DNA of 58,805 nucleotides from Syntrophomonas sp. UBA5288 (GTDB taxonomy: Bacteria; Bacillota; Syntrophomonadia; Syntrophomonadales; Syntrophomonadaceae), in NCBI GenBank assembly GCA_002408445.1, contig DHSK01000062.1, positions 15,689-74,493 on the forward strand, given 5' to 3'. A program made the translations under genes and the position numbers. The notes below the pieces were generated by a model that had not been told where the DNA came from, did no database searches, and saw only the letters and a list, made by a program, of their open reading frames with translations. Each line of letters begins with the position of its first letter. Positions within the stretch are counted from its first letter, which is position 1. Below, piece by piece: positions 28,936 through 38,528 of the stretch.

Positions 28936-29820
28936 ATGGACAAAAGATCAACGGAACCCATCCCTCCCAACACCAATAGCGATAAGGAGATTTTTAAAAA
29001 GATCCTTTCCGAAAAGGAGCGTGATGCAGATGTAAGAGACAGAATGTATGCCATTTTATATGAAGCATCATCAGCCGATGAGGCAACCATGGATACCGAT
29101 TTAATCGATGAGTGCGTAGGAACCCTCGATCTGATTGAAGGTCATGAAGAGCACCTGGACCCAGAGAAAATAAAGGCCATGCGGCATAAGGTTGACCAAA
29201 AATATGAAGACTGGCTGAAAGTTCAACGCAAACGCAGATTAAAGAAACTGTTGGCCCAAAGCGCCGCCGGTTTCATTCTGGTTTTCTTTATGTCCTCTGC
29301 GGTGGCCGGCGCAATGGGGTACAATCTGATACAGATCGTAGCCGATTGGGGAAAAGAAACGTTTCATTTATCGGCGCAAAATCAGCCCAATGTACAGGAT
29401 AATGATCGCAATATTGCCGACAAAAAAAATTATGGCAATATCGAAGAGGTTTTACAAGACATTGCTGCAAAACCGTTATTGCCAGGGTGGGTTCCTGACG
29501 GGTTTGCCTTTAAGTATGCCGAAAAATTTGTCCGTTTGGACAACACCAATGTCGTGTTATATTACGAAAATAGTGCTCATAAAACCATTGTTTTTGATTT
29601 TGAGATCTATACTGATCAAGCGTCAGCAGATGCGTCTTTTGAAAAAGATGATAACATAGTTGAGGTTTACGAGAAAAACAACATACCGCATTACATCTTT
29701 CAAAACATTGACCGGGTACAAGCGGTATGGATCAGTTCAAACGTTATATACAATGTAAGCGGCGATGTTTCGGCAGACGAAATGAAAAAGATTATAGATT
29801 CCATGAATGGAGGTTCTTGA
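28936..29820 (+). CDS. Putative membrane anti-sigma factor (single TM, DUF4367-like C-terminal domain)
   Basis: It lies immediately downstream of the sigma gene. Central TM AAGFILVFFMSSAVAGAMG. The start is placed at the ATG after AAGGGAG; the ORF track starts at 28888. Confidence 0.6.
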   Translation: MDKRSTEPIPPNTNSDKEIFKKILSEKERDADVRDRMYAILYEASSADEATMDTDLIDECVGTLDLIEGHEEHLDPEKIKAMRHKVDQKYEDWLKVQRKRRLKKLLAQSAAGFILVFFMSSAVAGAMGYNLIQIVADWGKETFHLSAQNQPNVQDNDRNIADKKNYGNIEEVLQDIAAKPLLPGWVPDGFAFKYAEKFVRLDNTNVVLYYENSAHKTIVFDFEIYTDQASADASFEKDDNIVEVYEKNNIPHYIFQNIDRVQAVWISSNVIYNVSGDVSADEMKKIIDSMNGGS

Positions 29821-29821
29821 C

Positions 29822-30256
29822 ATGTTGAAAAAGAAAATGATTGTGATGGTTTTGGCCGGTATACTATGTATACTGGCTTCTCCCCTGGCCGTTTATGCCA
29901 GTGAGGATGATGCTCAACCTCCCAGAGCCAGTGAATACATCCGTTCTACAAGTGTTGAAATAGTTCCGCAAGGAAACGGAACTCTTTTGTTGAAAAACAA
30001 GCTGGGCGCGACAACTATCGTTGATAAACTGGGCATCATAACCTTGGAAATTCAAAAAAAGGTAGGCGGTTACTGGCAGTCCATCGATACCCTGGTAACC
30101 GACGACTATGACTACAATACCGGTACATATATTTATGACTGCTATTATTATGGAACACCGGGGACGGAATACCGAAGCTATGTTGAATTTTATGTGAAAA
30201 ATGACGGAGGTTCAGAAACCAAAATTGTTACTTCTACTCCTAAAGTTGCAAACTAA
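29822..30256 (+). CDS. Small secreted protein of unknown function
   Basis: Signal peptide MLKKKMIVMVLAGILCILASPLAVYA. GGAGG lies 8 nt upstream of this ATG. Confidence 0.55.
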   Translation: MLKKKMIVMVLAGILCILASPLAVYASEDDAQPPRASEYIRSTSVEIVPQGNGTLLLKNKLGATTIVDKLGIITLEIQKKVGGYWQSIDTLVTDDYDYNTGTYIYDCYYYGTPGTEYRSYVEFYVKNDGGSETKIVTSTPKVAN

Positions 30257-30293
30257 GGTGTGGAATGGACAGTAAATAGCATTAACCATGATG

Positions 30294-30335
30294 GCGGTGC
30301 TGCTTGTCACCTTAGGCAGCACCGCTTGCCTTTTT
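30294..30335 (+). terminator. Intrinsic terminator of the sigma/anti-sigma operon
   Basis: GCGGTGCTGC-12-nt loop-GCAGCACCGC, followed by TTGCCTTTTT. Confidence 0.7.
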
Positions 30336-30336
30336 C

Positions 30337-30417
30337 AGCATATTTGAAAGTAATGTTAAGGGCTTGCCGCCGTGAGCGGTACTTCGCACCCTTAACATTC
30401 TCTTTCTAAGATATGCT
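30337..30417. repeat. Long imperfect inverted repeat (arms of about 27 nt, with a nested small hairpin in the loop)
   Basis: AGCATATTTGAAAGTAATGTTAAGGG ... CCCTTAACATTCTCTTTCTAAGATATGCT. The perfect core is AATGTTAAGGG/CCCTTAACATT, and the loop holds CCGC-cgtga-GCGG. Confidence 0.6.
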
Positions 30418-30485
30418 ATCTCCAAAGCAGGTGACAGAGAATTGATAATCCTCTAAACTTTGGGGTTCATAAGGGGAAAATCCCC

Positions 30486-31520
30486 TTATAAATCCATAGA
30501 CGGCCTTTTATCTTTTTCCGGCTCCCGGCCCCGCCCTGTCACGTCCAATATTTTGTCTACGTTGGCCTTAATAACATCGTATTGCTTCACCTGTTTTTTC
30601 AGCTTGCCGTATTCTCCGTACAGCGTTTCTTCCTCTTTGGCAAGCCGTTCATATTCCACTTGCAGCGCCGCCACATTCGGGAGTTTGCTATTTCCGGACT
30701 GTATTTTCTTTAATGCGTTGGTAGAGGCTTCATGCAGTATCAGGCTGCTTTCATGCATCCGTTTGAAGTGCTCCTTATTTCGCGCCCTGCGGTATCTGTC
30801 ATAGACGGGTTTTGTCTGCTGATAGGTGGTAATATTTTTGATAAGCAGCGCCATGTCGGACAGCCGTTTTTCCACGCCTTTTAACGTGGCGGTGTTCACT
30901 TCTGCTATTTTTACCTGTAGCTGCCCATATTGCAGGATATTGTTTTCAGTCAAGAAATTCAGCGTTTTTGCCGTCTGTTTCAGATTGTGGATTTTCGCCC
31001 ACTGTTCGTAGCCCCTGCTCTCCTGTACCTTGATGCTGTTCTGAATGTCGATGATAAGGTTAATGTCTTTGCATTCAGCTTTGGCGGTACGGATACGCTT
31101 TCCCTGTATGCGCTCTGTTATGGCTTCCTCTGTGTAATCCTCGCCGAGGGTTTTTAGTCGGGTAAAACGTTCCTGCCCTGGCGCACGACAGGAAATGTAT
31201 TTGCTGCGCTTTATCTCATAGCCTGCAGGTTGAAGTCGCTGCAAAAAATCCTCAAAATCTGCCGCTTGCGGAATAATAGCATCCACGGCGGTTCTCAATT
31301 TGCTTTTCCAACTGCCCCCGGCTCTGTAGGCGGCGTACTCGGCATAGCTCCGGCCATGCTCTTTGGCCGGACGTGTGCGCCGCTGCCCGCTTTCAGCGTC
31401 GGTATATTTGATAAATCCCTTACCCTTTTCCCGGACTGGCCTGACAAGGGACAGGCCGTTTTCTCTGCATATCCTGTCGCTTGCGTTGCGTATCTGATAA
31501 TAGCTTTTCTTGAGCGCCAT
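30486..31520 (-). pseudogene. 5'-truncated relaxase/mobilization protein gene (C-terminal part only)
   Basis: It starts at ...YYQIRNASDRICRENGLSLV, a segment that in MobA/VirD2-type relaxases follows the catalytic HxDxxHxH domain. That domain is absent from the ORF and from the upstream DNA. The C-terminus is a coiled coil. Confidence 0.65.
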
Positions 31521-31629
31521 GACAACCTAACTAGTTATTTCCTATAAAAGGCCTGCCCTTACTAAAAGAAAAAGGGGTAGGTCTTTCTATCTCTAAGGGA
31601 GACGAAAAAATTGAATAATAGGCCAAAAT

Positions 31630-31672
31630 AGGGCTGTCTCAGGATACCCTCTGAGACAGCCCTTATTTTTTT
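31630..31672. terminator. Strong hairpin terminator
   Basis: AGGGCTGTCTCAG-8-nt loop-CTGAGACAGCCCT, followed by TATTTTTTT. Confidence 0.75.
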
Positions 31673-32125
31673 GGAGTTACCCTGGATGTAATTTTGTGGT
31701 GAAAGTCAATTATAGGGAAACTGCTTTCAAGATAAGTTCAAAAACTCATTTAAATGAACGGACAGACCGGGACCTACTAAATTACTCAAATCATAAGCGA
31801 TCATCAAATGATATTTTATCAGCTTTAAATTCCCCGTCTCGGAAAGAATAATCCCAGTAGTAAAGCCAATTAGCGGTATCCTTATCCAAGGCCAAATTCT
31901 AACAAGAGAAGGAAACAGTTTAAATTTTATGAAATCATTCATGGGAACCTTTAAGCTCTACTTTCTTTCAATTGAATCGAAGGCCCATTTCCTCCCATTT
32001 GGCCCCTCTTCAGAAATTATTACAATTTTCACTGCATATCCCTGGGCATCCTGATAAAGAATAACTGTTTTGAGATAGCCTTCATCGAAATATATCACAG
32101 GCATTTTAGACCCAAGGATGCTTTT

Positions 32126-32523
32126 TTGGCTAATATTGAGGAAGAAGATAATAGCATTCAAGCATTGCAAATATCAAAATCAGAAATGGAAGCCCTATTA
32201 TCAAAACAAAAAAAGGCATTGGAACTTATAAATGATGCGTATGAAATGGGTGATTACAGTCGTGAGGAATGGCTGGAGAGAAAAAGAAAGAGAGAACTTG
32301 AGATTAACAAAATAACTGACGATATTTATGAGTGAATAAACGCATACATTCTAATCAGCAACTATCAAACACTGAACGGCTAAAAGCATTGTCCAACTTT
32401 TTTGACAATATTACCATTACGACGGAAAATGCAGGCCGGAATGACTTGTACCGTACCATCTTAGAGAGCATAATATGGTATAGAAATGGAGAAAATATTA
32501 GAATCAAAATCAATTTCAAGTAA
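32126..32523 (+). pseudogene. Remnant of a large serine recombinase gene: only the C-terminal coiled-coil and tail, split by a frameshift at about 32332
   Basis: LINDAYEMGDYSREEWLERKRKRELEINKI and RTILESIIWYRNGENIRIKINFK match the C-terminal pattern of large serine recombinases. No resolvase catalytic domain lies upstream. Confidence 0.6.
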
Positions 32524-32532
32524 GCATAAACT

Positions 32533-32566
32533 GGACGTATTTGCGATTGTAGATACGTCCTATTTT
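32533..32566 (+). terminator. Hairpin terminator after the recombinase remnant
   Basis: GGACGTAT-12-nt loop-ATACGTCC, followed by TATTTT. Confidence 0.55.
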
Positions 32567-32582
32567 GAAAGGGGGTGATCCT

Positions 32583-34636
32583 GTGGACAATCAAAAGAAA
32601 ATACCCAATAGGTTAATCAATGAAAAATCTCCCTATCTGCTGCAACACGCTAATAATCCAGTGGACTGGTGTCCCTGGGGAGAAGAAGCATTTGAGAAAG
32701 CAAGGCTGGAAGACAAGCCTGTTTTCCTATCTATTGGGTATAGCTGACCTGTCTACTATGATGAACTTGCCATTGGTGCCATGTCATGGCACACGAAAGC
32801 TTTGAGGATGAAGAGGTTGCCAAACTGTTAAATGATGATTACCTCTGTATAAAAGTTGACCGGGAAGAGCGTCCTGATATCGACCATATCTACATGTCGG
32901 TTTGCCAGGCCATGACCGGACAGGGGGGCTGGCCGCTTACCATCATTATGACTCCGGACCAGAAACCGTTTTTTGCCGCCACCTATTTGCCCAAAAAGAG
33001 TGGCCGCATGGTGGGATTGATGGAACTTCTGCCCCGGGTAGCACAGATGTGGCGGGAACAACGGGATCTAATTCTGAATTCCGGTGACAAGATCTATAAC
33101 TGGATGAAGGATGCACAGCAAACTGTCCAAGCCGGCGCTGTAACCGAAGAGTTGCTGCACCTGGCTTTCGAGTCTTTAGCAACGAACTTTGATCAGGACT
33201 ATGGCGGCTTTGGAAGTGCTCCCAAATTCCCCTCGCCCCATAATCTCATGTTCCTGCTTCGGTATAATTTATTAACTGAAGATGGAGAGGCCCTGACCAT
33301 GGTGCGGAAAACCCTGGAAAGTATGTATCGTGGCGGGATTTATGACCACATTGGTTTTGGCTTTGCCCGTTATTCTACCGATAAATGCTGGCTGGTTCCT
33401 CATTTTGAAAAGATGCTGTATGATAATGCCTTGCTGGCTATGGCTTATCTGGAGGCATTTCAAATAAGCGGGGAAGATTTATATAAGCAGGTGGCAGGGG
33501 AAATATTTACTTACGTGCTTAGGGACATGACTTCTCCTGAAGGCGGATTTTATTCGGCCGAAGATGCAGATTCGGAGGGTGAGGAGGGCAAGTTCTACCT
33601 CTGGCAGCTTGACGAAGTGAAAGAAATTCTGGGTGAGGAAGACGGCACCCGGTTTAGCCAGGCATATGATATAACTCCCGGGGGTAATTTCGAAGGGAAG
33701 AATATTCCCAACCTTATAGACCAGAGAACCTTCCATAATAAAGCTTCGTTTGAAAAGCTGCGGGAAAAACTTTTGGCTTACCGGGAAAAGAGAGTTCATC
33801 CCCATAAAGATGATAAAATTCTGACTTCCTGGAATGGTTTGATGATAGCCGCACTGGCTCTGGGAGCACGTATACTGCAAGATAACGATTACCTGCGAGC
33901 AGCCGAAAAAGCAGTTGCCTTTATCCTAAAACATCTCCGCAGAGATGATGGACGGCTCTTGGCCAGTTACAGAGATGGCGAAGCCCGCTATCCGGCTTAT
34001 GCGGGTGACTATGCCAATCTGATCTGGGGATTGCTGGAACTCTATCAAACTACCTTTAAAGCCGCCTATCTGAAGCTGGCTTTAGAGCTTAACGATGACC
34101 TCTTAAAATACTTCTGGGATACGGAGCAGGGTGGGGTGTTCCTGTATGGGGAGGATGCCGAACAGCTTGCGGCCAGACCCAAAGAATGGTTTGATGGTGC
34201 CATGCCTTCAGCCAACTCGGTAACGGCCTTAAACTTATTGCAACTGTCACGTTTAACCGGGGACCAGAAACTTGTCTCCCGGGCCCGGGCCCAAATTGAA
34301 ATCCAGGCCGGGGCAGCCCAGGAGATACCGTCAGGCCATACTTTTTATCTTATGGCGGTTGCCCTGTACCTGTCCCGACCCCAGGAAATAGTAATCGCAG
34401 GTAAAGACGGTGACGCAGATACTCTGAAAATGCTGAAGATATTGCATTCGGTTATGAATCCTTTTACTTTGGCGGCCTTCAAGGATATAGGGGATGATAA
34501 ACTGGATGCACTTATTCCGCATACGGTTGGAATGAAGATGGTGGACGGCAAGGCAAGTGCTTATATTTGTGAAGATTTTTCCTGCCGGCAGCCTATAAAT
34601 AATGTGGCGGAATTTCAAAAGGCCTTGAAAATATAG
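32583..34636 (+). pseudogene. yyaL: Thioredoxin-domain protein YyaL (DUF255 / N-acylglucosamine-epimerase-like), disrupted by a 20-nt insertion just before the CxxC motif
   Basis: The upstream ORF ends ...PVFLSIGYS* at 32747. The downstream frame reads [23 protein letters not shown] from 32762. The family consensus is the contiguous [20 protein letters not shown]. The probable start is GTG 32583, after AAAGGGGGTGA. Confidence 0.8.
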
Positions 34637-34786
34637 CCGCAGCATTTATACCTGCCGGTCTTGACCAGTTGATTAAAGTGCCGCAAAATTATAGAAAAAG
34701 TTGTGGAGGGCAATGTGGCCCTGGATCGAAAAAGGCGAATTTATGAGATCTTTAGTCCGACAGTTAACAGGAGGAGGGGATAAAGG

Positions 34787-35455
34787 GTGGCAGCAGGAAT
34801 CTTTGATATAATCGGTCCGGTGATGGTGGGACCATCCAGTTCGCATACAGCGGGAGCCGTTCGTTTGGGCAATATTGCCCGCCAGATCGGGCGGCAAAGT
34901 TTTGTGCAGGTGGATTTTTTCCTGCATGGCTCTTTTGCTCAGACCTATAAAGGGCATGGAACTGACCGGGCCCTTTTGGGAGGTATCCTGGGCTTTGCTC
35001 CGGATGATGAACGCATAAGGGATGTATTTAACTATGCCGCCAGGCAGAAGCTGGATTATCATTTTTATACCAGGGATCTGGGTGATGTGCATCCCAATAC
35101 GGTTAAGATAGTCCTTACGTATAAAATGGGAGAAAAGTGCAGTATCGTAGGCTCTTCCACCGGAGGCGGCAATATTCTGGTGACCATGATTGACGATATG
35201 GAAGTTGAGTTTACGGGCCAATATCCCACTATCATTACCCGCCACCTGGACCAGCCGGGCGTAGTGGCACGGGCCGCTACCAAGTTATCCGAGCATAACA
35301 TCAATATTGCCTTTTTGAAAGTTTTCCGGCAGGCGCGTGGCTCCGAAGCCTGTATGGTGATCGAGACGGACCAGGATATTAATAATTATGTAATAAACGA
35401 ACTGGAAGAAGTACCGGGAATCAACCGGGTAATCTTCCTGACTGCGCTAAGTTAA
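34787..35455 (+). CDS. sdaAB: L-serine dehydratase (iron-sulfur type), beta subunit with ACT domain
   Basis: FDIIGPVMVGPSSSHTAGA motif. GTG start after AGGAGGAGGGG. Confidence 0.9.
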   Translation: MAAGIFDIIGPVMVGPSSSHTAGAVRLGNIARQIGRQSFVQVDFFLHGSFAQTYKGHGTDRALLGGILGFAPDDERIRDVFNYAARQKLDYHFYTRDLGDVHPNTVKIVLTYKMGEKCSIVGSSTGGGNILVTMIDDMEVEFTGQYPTIITRHLDQPGVVARAATKLSEHNINIAFLKVFRQARGSEACMVIETDQDINNYVINELEEVPGINRVIFLTALS

Positions 35456-35476
35456 ACCGGAAAGGAGCTGGAAACG

Positions 35477-36349
35477 ATGTACCAGTTCAAACATGGCAGT
35501 GATTTATTGACGATATGTTCTGAACATGGCATAAATTTTGGTGAGGTAGTTCTGCGGGCCGAAGTTGAGGAAAATGATACTGATCAGCTTACGGTTCGGG
35601 CCAGAATGGAAAAGATGCTTTCCGACATGACTGAAGCAGTTGAGAAAGGGCTTAAGCCAGATGTTAAATCAATGGGCGGGCTTATCGGAGGAAACGCTCA
35701 TCGGCTGTTTACCGGCAGCAATAAGAAAAATGTCTGCGGTTCTACTCTGTTAAAAGCGGTGAGCTATGCTCTGGCCGTTACCGAGATAAATGCTTCCATG
35801 GGGCGTATTGTAGCCGCCCCCACTGCCGGCGCCAGCGGGATTTTACCGGGGTGTGTGCTGGCGGTGGAGGAAGAACTGGGGCTAACTGCTCAAGAGGCGG
35901 TAGAAGGTTTGTTGGTCGCAGCCGGTATCGGTCAAATAATTGCTGCCAATGCCACCTTGTCAGGAGCCGAAGGCGGGTGCCAGGCTGAATGTGGTTCCGC
36001 TTCGGCTATGGCCGCGGCGGCAGTAATCCACATGATGGGTGGTTCTCCGCAGATGTGTTTGGATGGTGCGGCTATGGCTCTTAAAGGCAGCCTGGGCCTG
36101 GTATGCGATCCTGTGGCAGGTCTGGTGGAAGTACCCTGTTCCAAACGTAATGCCACGGGGACTGCTATAGCCCTGGTATGCGCGGATATGGCTCTGGCCG
36201 GAATAACCAGCTTCATACCTTTCGATGAGATGGTGGAAGCTTTAAAACGGGTAGGCCATATGATGTCGGCGGACCTGCGTGAAACCGCCCGCGGCGGTTG
36301 TGCCATTACCCCGACGGCTTTGGCCTATACAGAATCAATTAAACGTTAA
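35477..36349 (+). CDS. sdaAA: L-serine dehydratase, alpha subunit
   Basis: GGCQAECGSASAMAAAA and VCDPVAGLVEVPC motifs. It is adjacent to sdaAB. Confidence 0.9.
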   Translation: MYQFKHGSDLLTICSEHGINFGEVVLRAEVEENDTDQLTVRARMEKMLSDMTEAVEKGLKPDVKSMGGLIGGNAHRLFTGSNKKNVCGSTLLKAVSYALAVTEINASMGRIVAAPTAGASGILPGCVLAVEEELGLTAQEAVEGLLVAAGIGQIIAANATLSGAEGGCQAECGSASAMAAAAVIHMMGGSPQMCLDGAAMALKGSLGLVCDPVAGLVEVPCSKRNATGTAIALVCADMALAGITSFIPFDEMVEALKRVGHMMSADLRETARGGCAITPTALAYTESIKR

Positions 36350-36537
36350 AAAATTAAAATAACAACCTTGATGCTAATCGTATCAGGTTGGACAATTTTT
36401 ATATTTTCAGTTGCTTCTTATGCCCTTAGGTAGGACCTTGGGGCATTTATTTGTATTGGAAACTTTTTCAGTTAATTAATGCGGCACAGACTGGGCAATA
36501 TATCTATTGGTAAACAAATTTTGCAGGAGGTTGGAAT

Positions 36538-37485
36538 GTGCCGTACAAAAAATATTTGATCTGTCTTATAGTTATAAGTTTTATATGTACGACGTGCCCC
36601 CGGGTCCAGGCGGCTGAAAAAAGTGTAAACGATATTATTACGATTGATCGTACCGATTATCCTGTACTGTGGCTGAATGAACCCTTTTTGCGTGGAGAAG
36701 CAGTTTGGATGCTGCAGGCTCGTCTCAAGGAAATAGGCTATGATATTAATCCCACCGGAGTATTTGCGGATGATACTTATGAATTGGTCAAACTTTACCA
36801 GGTAGCCAACGAACTGCCTGTTACCGGCGCAGTATCACAACCGGTCTGGGAAGAACTTATGTATGGTGAACAGGGAGAGGCCTGTCTGACCAGCAGCGGT
36901 CCGGCTGGAAATGTTATGATTGAAATTGATATAATCAAACATACGCTCACTTTATTCCAGGATGGGAAAGTGGTCAAGCAATATCCGGTGGGAGTAGGGA
37001 AGGGCAGTACTCCTTCACCACTGGGGGAATGGAAAGTAATACAAAAATCTTTGAATTGGGGTAATGGCTTCGGTACACGTTGGATGGGATTGAATGTTCC
37101 CTGGGGAATTTATGGCATCCACGGAACTAATAAACCATATTCAATAGGAGGCTCGATGTCCCACGGCTGTATTCGTATGCTGAATAGACATGTGGAAGAT
37201 TTGTACCCCCGGGTGCCCTGGGGTACACGGGTGCGAATAGTGGAAAATGGCAAAATGTACCCTCGCACTTTTAGGCCCCGTAAATTGAAAATCAAGTCCT
37301 ACGGTCAGGATGTGGTTTATGTGCAGAGCCAGCTCAAGGAATTAGGAATCGTTTTTGACAATGCAGATGGCCGTTTCGGTGCCATGACCGAGCTGGCGGT
37401 AAAATATTATCAAGCCTGGCATGATCTCCCGGTTACAGGTGAGGTCGACAACGACACCTATCGTTCGATGGGAATGATTAAATGA
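36538..37485 (+). CDS. L,D-transpeptidase (YkuD domain) flanked by two peptidoglycan-binding domains
   Basis: Catalytic motif IHGTNKPYSIGGSMSHGCIRM. PG_binding_1-like repeats at both ends (LQARLKEIGY..., VQSQLKELGI...). Signal peptide. Confidence 0.85.
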   Translation: MPYKKYLICLIVISFICTTCPRVQAAEKSVNDIITIDRTDYPVLWLNEPFLRGEAVWMLQARLKEIGYDINPTGVFADDTYELVKLYQVANELPVTGAVSQPVWEELMYGEQGEACLTSSGPAGNVMIEIDIIKHTLTLFQDGKVVKQYPVGVGKGSTPSPLGEWKVIQKSLNWGNGFGTRWMGLNVPWGIYGIHGTNKPYSIGGSMSHGCIRMLNRHVEDLYPRVPWGTRVRIVENGKMYPRTFRPRKLKIKSYGQDVVYVQSQLKELGIVFDNADGRFGAMTELAVKYYQAWHDLPVTGEVDNDTYRSMGMIK

Positions 37486-37504
37486 TGGAGCTTTCGTTTG
37501 AACC

Positions 37505-38221
37505 TTAAAAGTTCTTGATATCCAAGTCTACTTCTATTCCGGCCTCAATATTATTAATATGTTCAAGCATGTGCTGCCGTGCTTCCTGCGGTTTTCGCTC
37601 CAGGATGGAATGGTATATGGCGGTATGTTCCTCAATTATCTTGATCCCGTTTTGGGGCATGGCATAAAGGCGTTCACGATTAGTTCTGAACGTGTGGTGC
37701 ATCAAGTCGGCAACGGTATTCATCATTCTTAGTAAAATGGTATTTTGAGTAGCTTCGGCGATGGCAAAATGGAAACCCAGATCATATTCCACCGCTTGGG
37801 ACACACTGTCCGCCTGCTTCATTTTCTCCAGGCTCTCCCGAATATTTTTTAAATTATCTTCCGTAGCACGGACAGCCGCCAGCGCAGCCGATTCGGTTTC
37901 CAGAACTCTTCTAACTTCCATCAGCTGTTTACCGGGGTTGCGTTCCACCGCCAGGACCAGTGCCAGCGGCGGGAAAGTTTCGGAATTGCTGGTTTGCCTT
38001 ACGAAAGTTCCATCTCCCGGGCGCACATCCAATATGCCAAGTGCTTCGAGAGCGGTAAGGGCTTCGCGTACGGAGGCACGGCTAACTCCCAGTGATTCAG
38101 CCATTTCTCTTTCGGCCGGCAATTTTTCACCTGGTTTTAATTCTCCCCGTGCAATCATATCTTTTAACTGTTCAACTATTTCCTCATAGATTTTTTTAGT
38201 TTTAATCGGCTGAAAAACCAC
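37505..38221 (-). CDS. GntR-family transcriptional regulator, FadR/FCD subfamily
   Basis: N-terminal wHTH LPAEREMAESLGVSRASVREALTALE, with an all-helical FCD-like C-terminal domain. Confidence 0.88.
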   Translation of the reverse strand: MVFQPIKTKKIYEEIVEQLKDMIARGELKPGEKLPAEREMAESLGVSRASVREALTALEALGILDVRPGDGTFVRQTSNSETFPPLALVLAVERNPGKQLMEVRRVLETESAALAAVRATEDNLKNIRESLEKMKQADSVSQAVEYDLGFHFAIAEATQNTILLRMMNTVADLMHHTFRTNRERLYAMPQNGIKIIEEHTAIYHSILERKPQEARQHMLEHINNIEAGIEVDLDIKNF

Positions 38222-38259
38222 TCGACCATCACCTCGCCTGCTGATTCTATATTAACCCG

Positions 38260-38344
38260 CATGATTTGATATCACAATCATTTATGAAAATAGATATATC
38301 TCAAATCTGTAGCCTGCCCTACGGCCCCGACGTTAGGAGCGGGC
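38260..38344 (+). repeat. Copy A of a second intergenic repeat family (CATGATTTGATATCACANNCATTTATNAAAA...GTAGCNNGCCCTACNGCCC(C)GACGTTAGGAGCGGGC)
   Basis: It aligns with 57793-57863, apart from one roughly 16-nt indel. Its 5' core also matches 42016-42043 in inverted orientation. Confidence 0.65.
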
Positions 38345-38400
38345 CTCAGGGCTGGGTTTTCTCCATGTTATTTTCTACACCGGCCTGAAGGGCTATCGCC

Positions 38401-38526
38401 CTGTAGGCCACAACCACCAACGAAAATGCGTCATCCTGAGTGTTAACGAAGGATCCTTCCCTTGTTAATCATCATATCGGCAAGATTCTTCACTGCGTTC
38501 AGAATGACAAGAACAGTATTTTCGTA
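38401..38526 (-). repeat. Long-form palindromic MITE-like repeat, copy 2 (inverted relative to copies at 41726 and 54781)
   Basis: The reverse complement reads TACGAAAATACTGTTCTTGTCATTCTGAACGCAGTGAAGAATCTTGCCGATAT..GATTAACAAGGGAAGGATCCTTCGTTAACACTCAGGATGACGCATTTTC.., nearly identical to 54781-54905. It starts 3 nt after the porB stop codon. Confidence 0.85.
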
Positions 38527-38528
38527 CT

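Noticed and set aside
31727-32170. Two small minus-strand ORFs (71 aa membrane-like, 48-70 aa soluble) considered as a toxin-antitoxin or immunity pair
   Set aside because: They have no recognisable motifs and sit among pseudogene fragments of a decayed element. One overlaps the recombinase remnant. They cannot be supported from the sequence alone and are mentioned only within the decayed-element finding.
32745-32764. The two TGA codons in yyaL read as selenocysteine or another recoding event near the CxxC site
   Set aside because: The two TGAs are 17 nt apart and therefore in different frames. The flanking conserved sequence requires removal of exactly 20 nt. I saw no plausible SECIS-like context.
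34673-35304. A 190-aa minus-strand ORF and a 79-aa ORF overlapping sdaAB
   Set aside because: They lie antisense to a confidently identified serine dehydratase beta subunit and carry no recognisable motifs.
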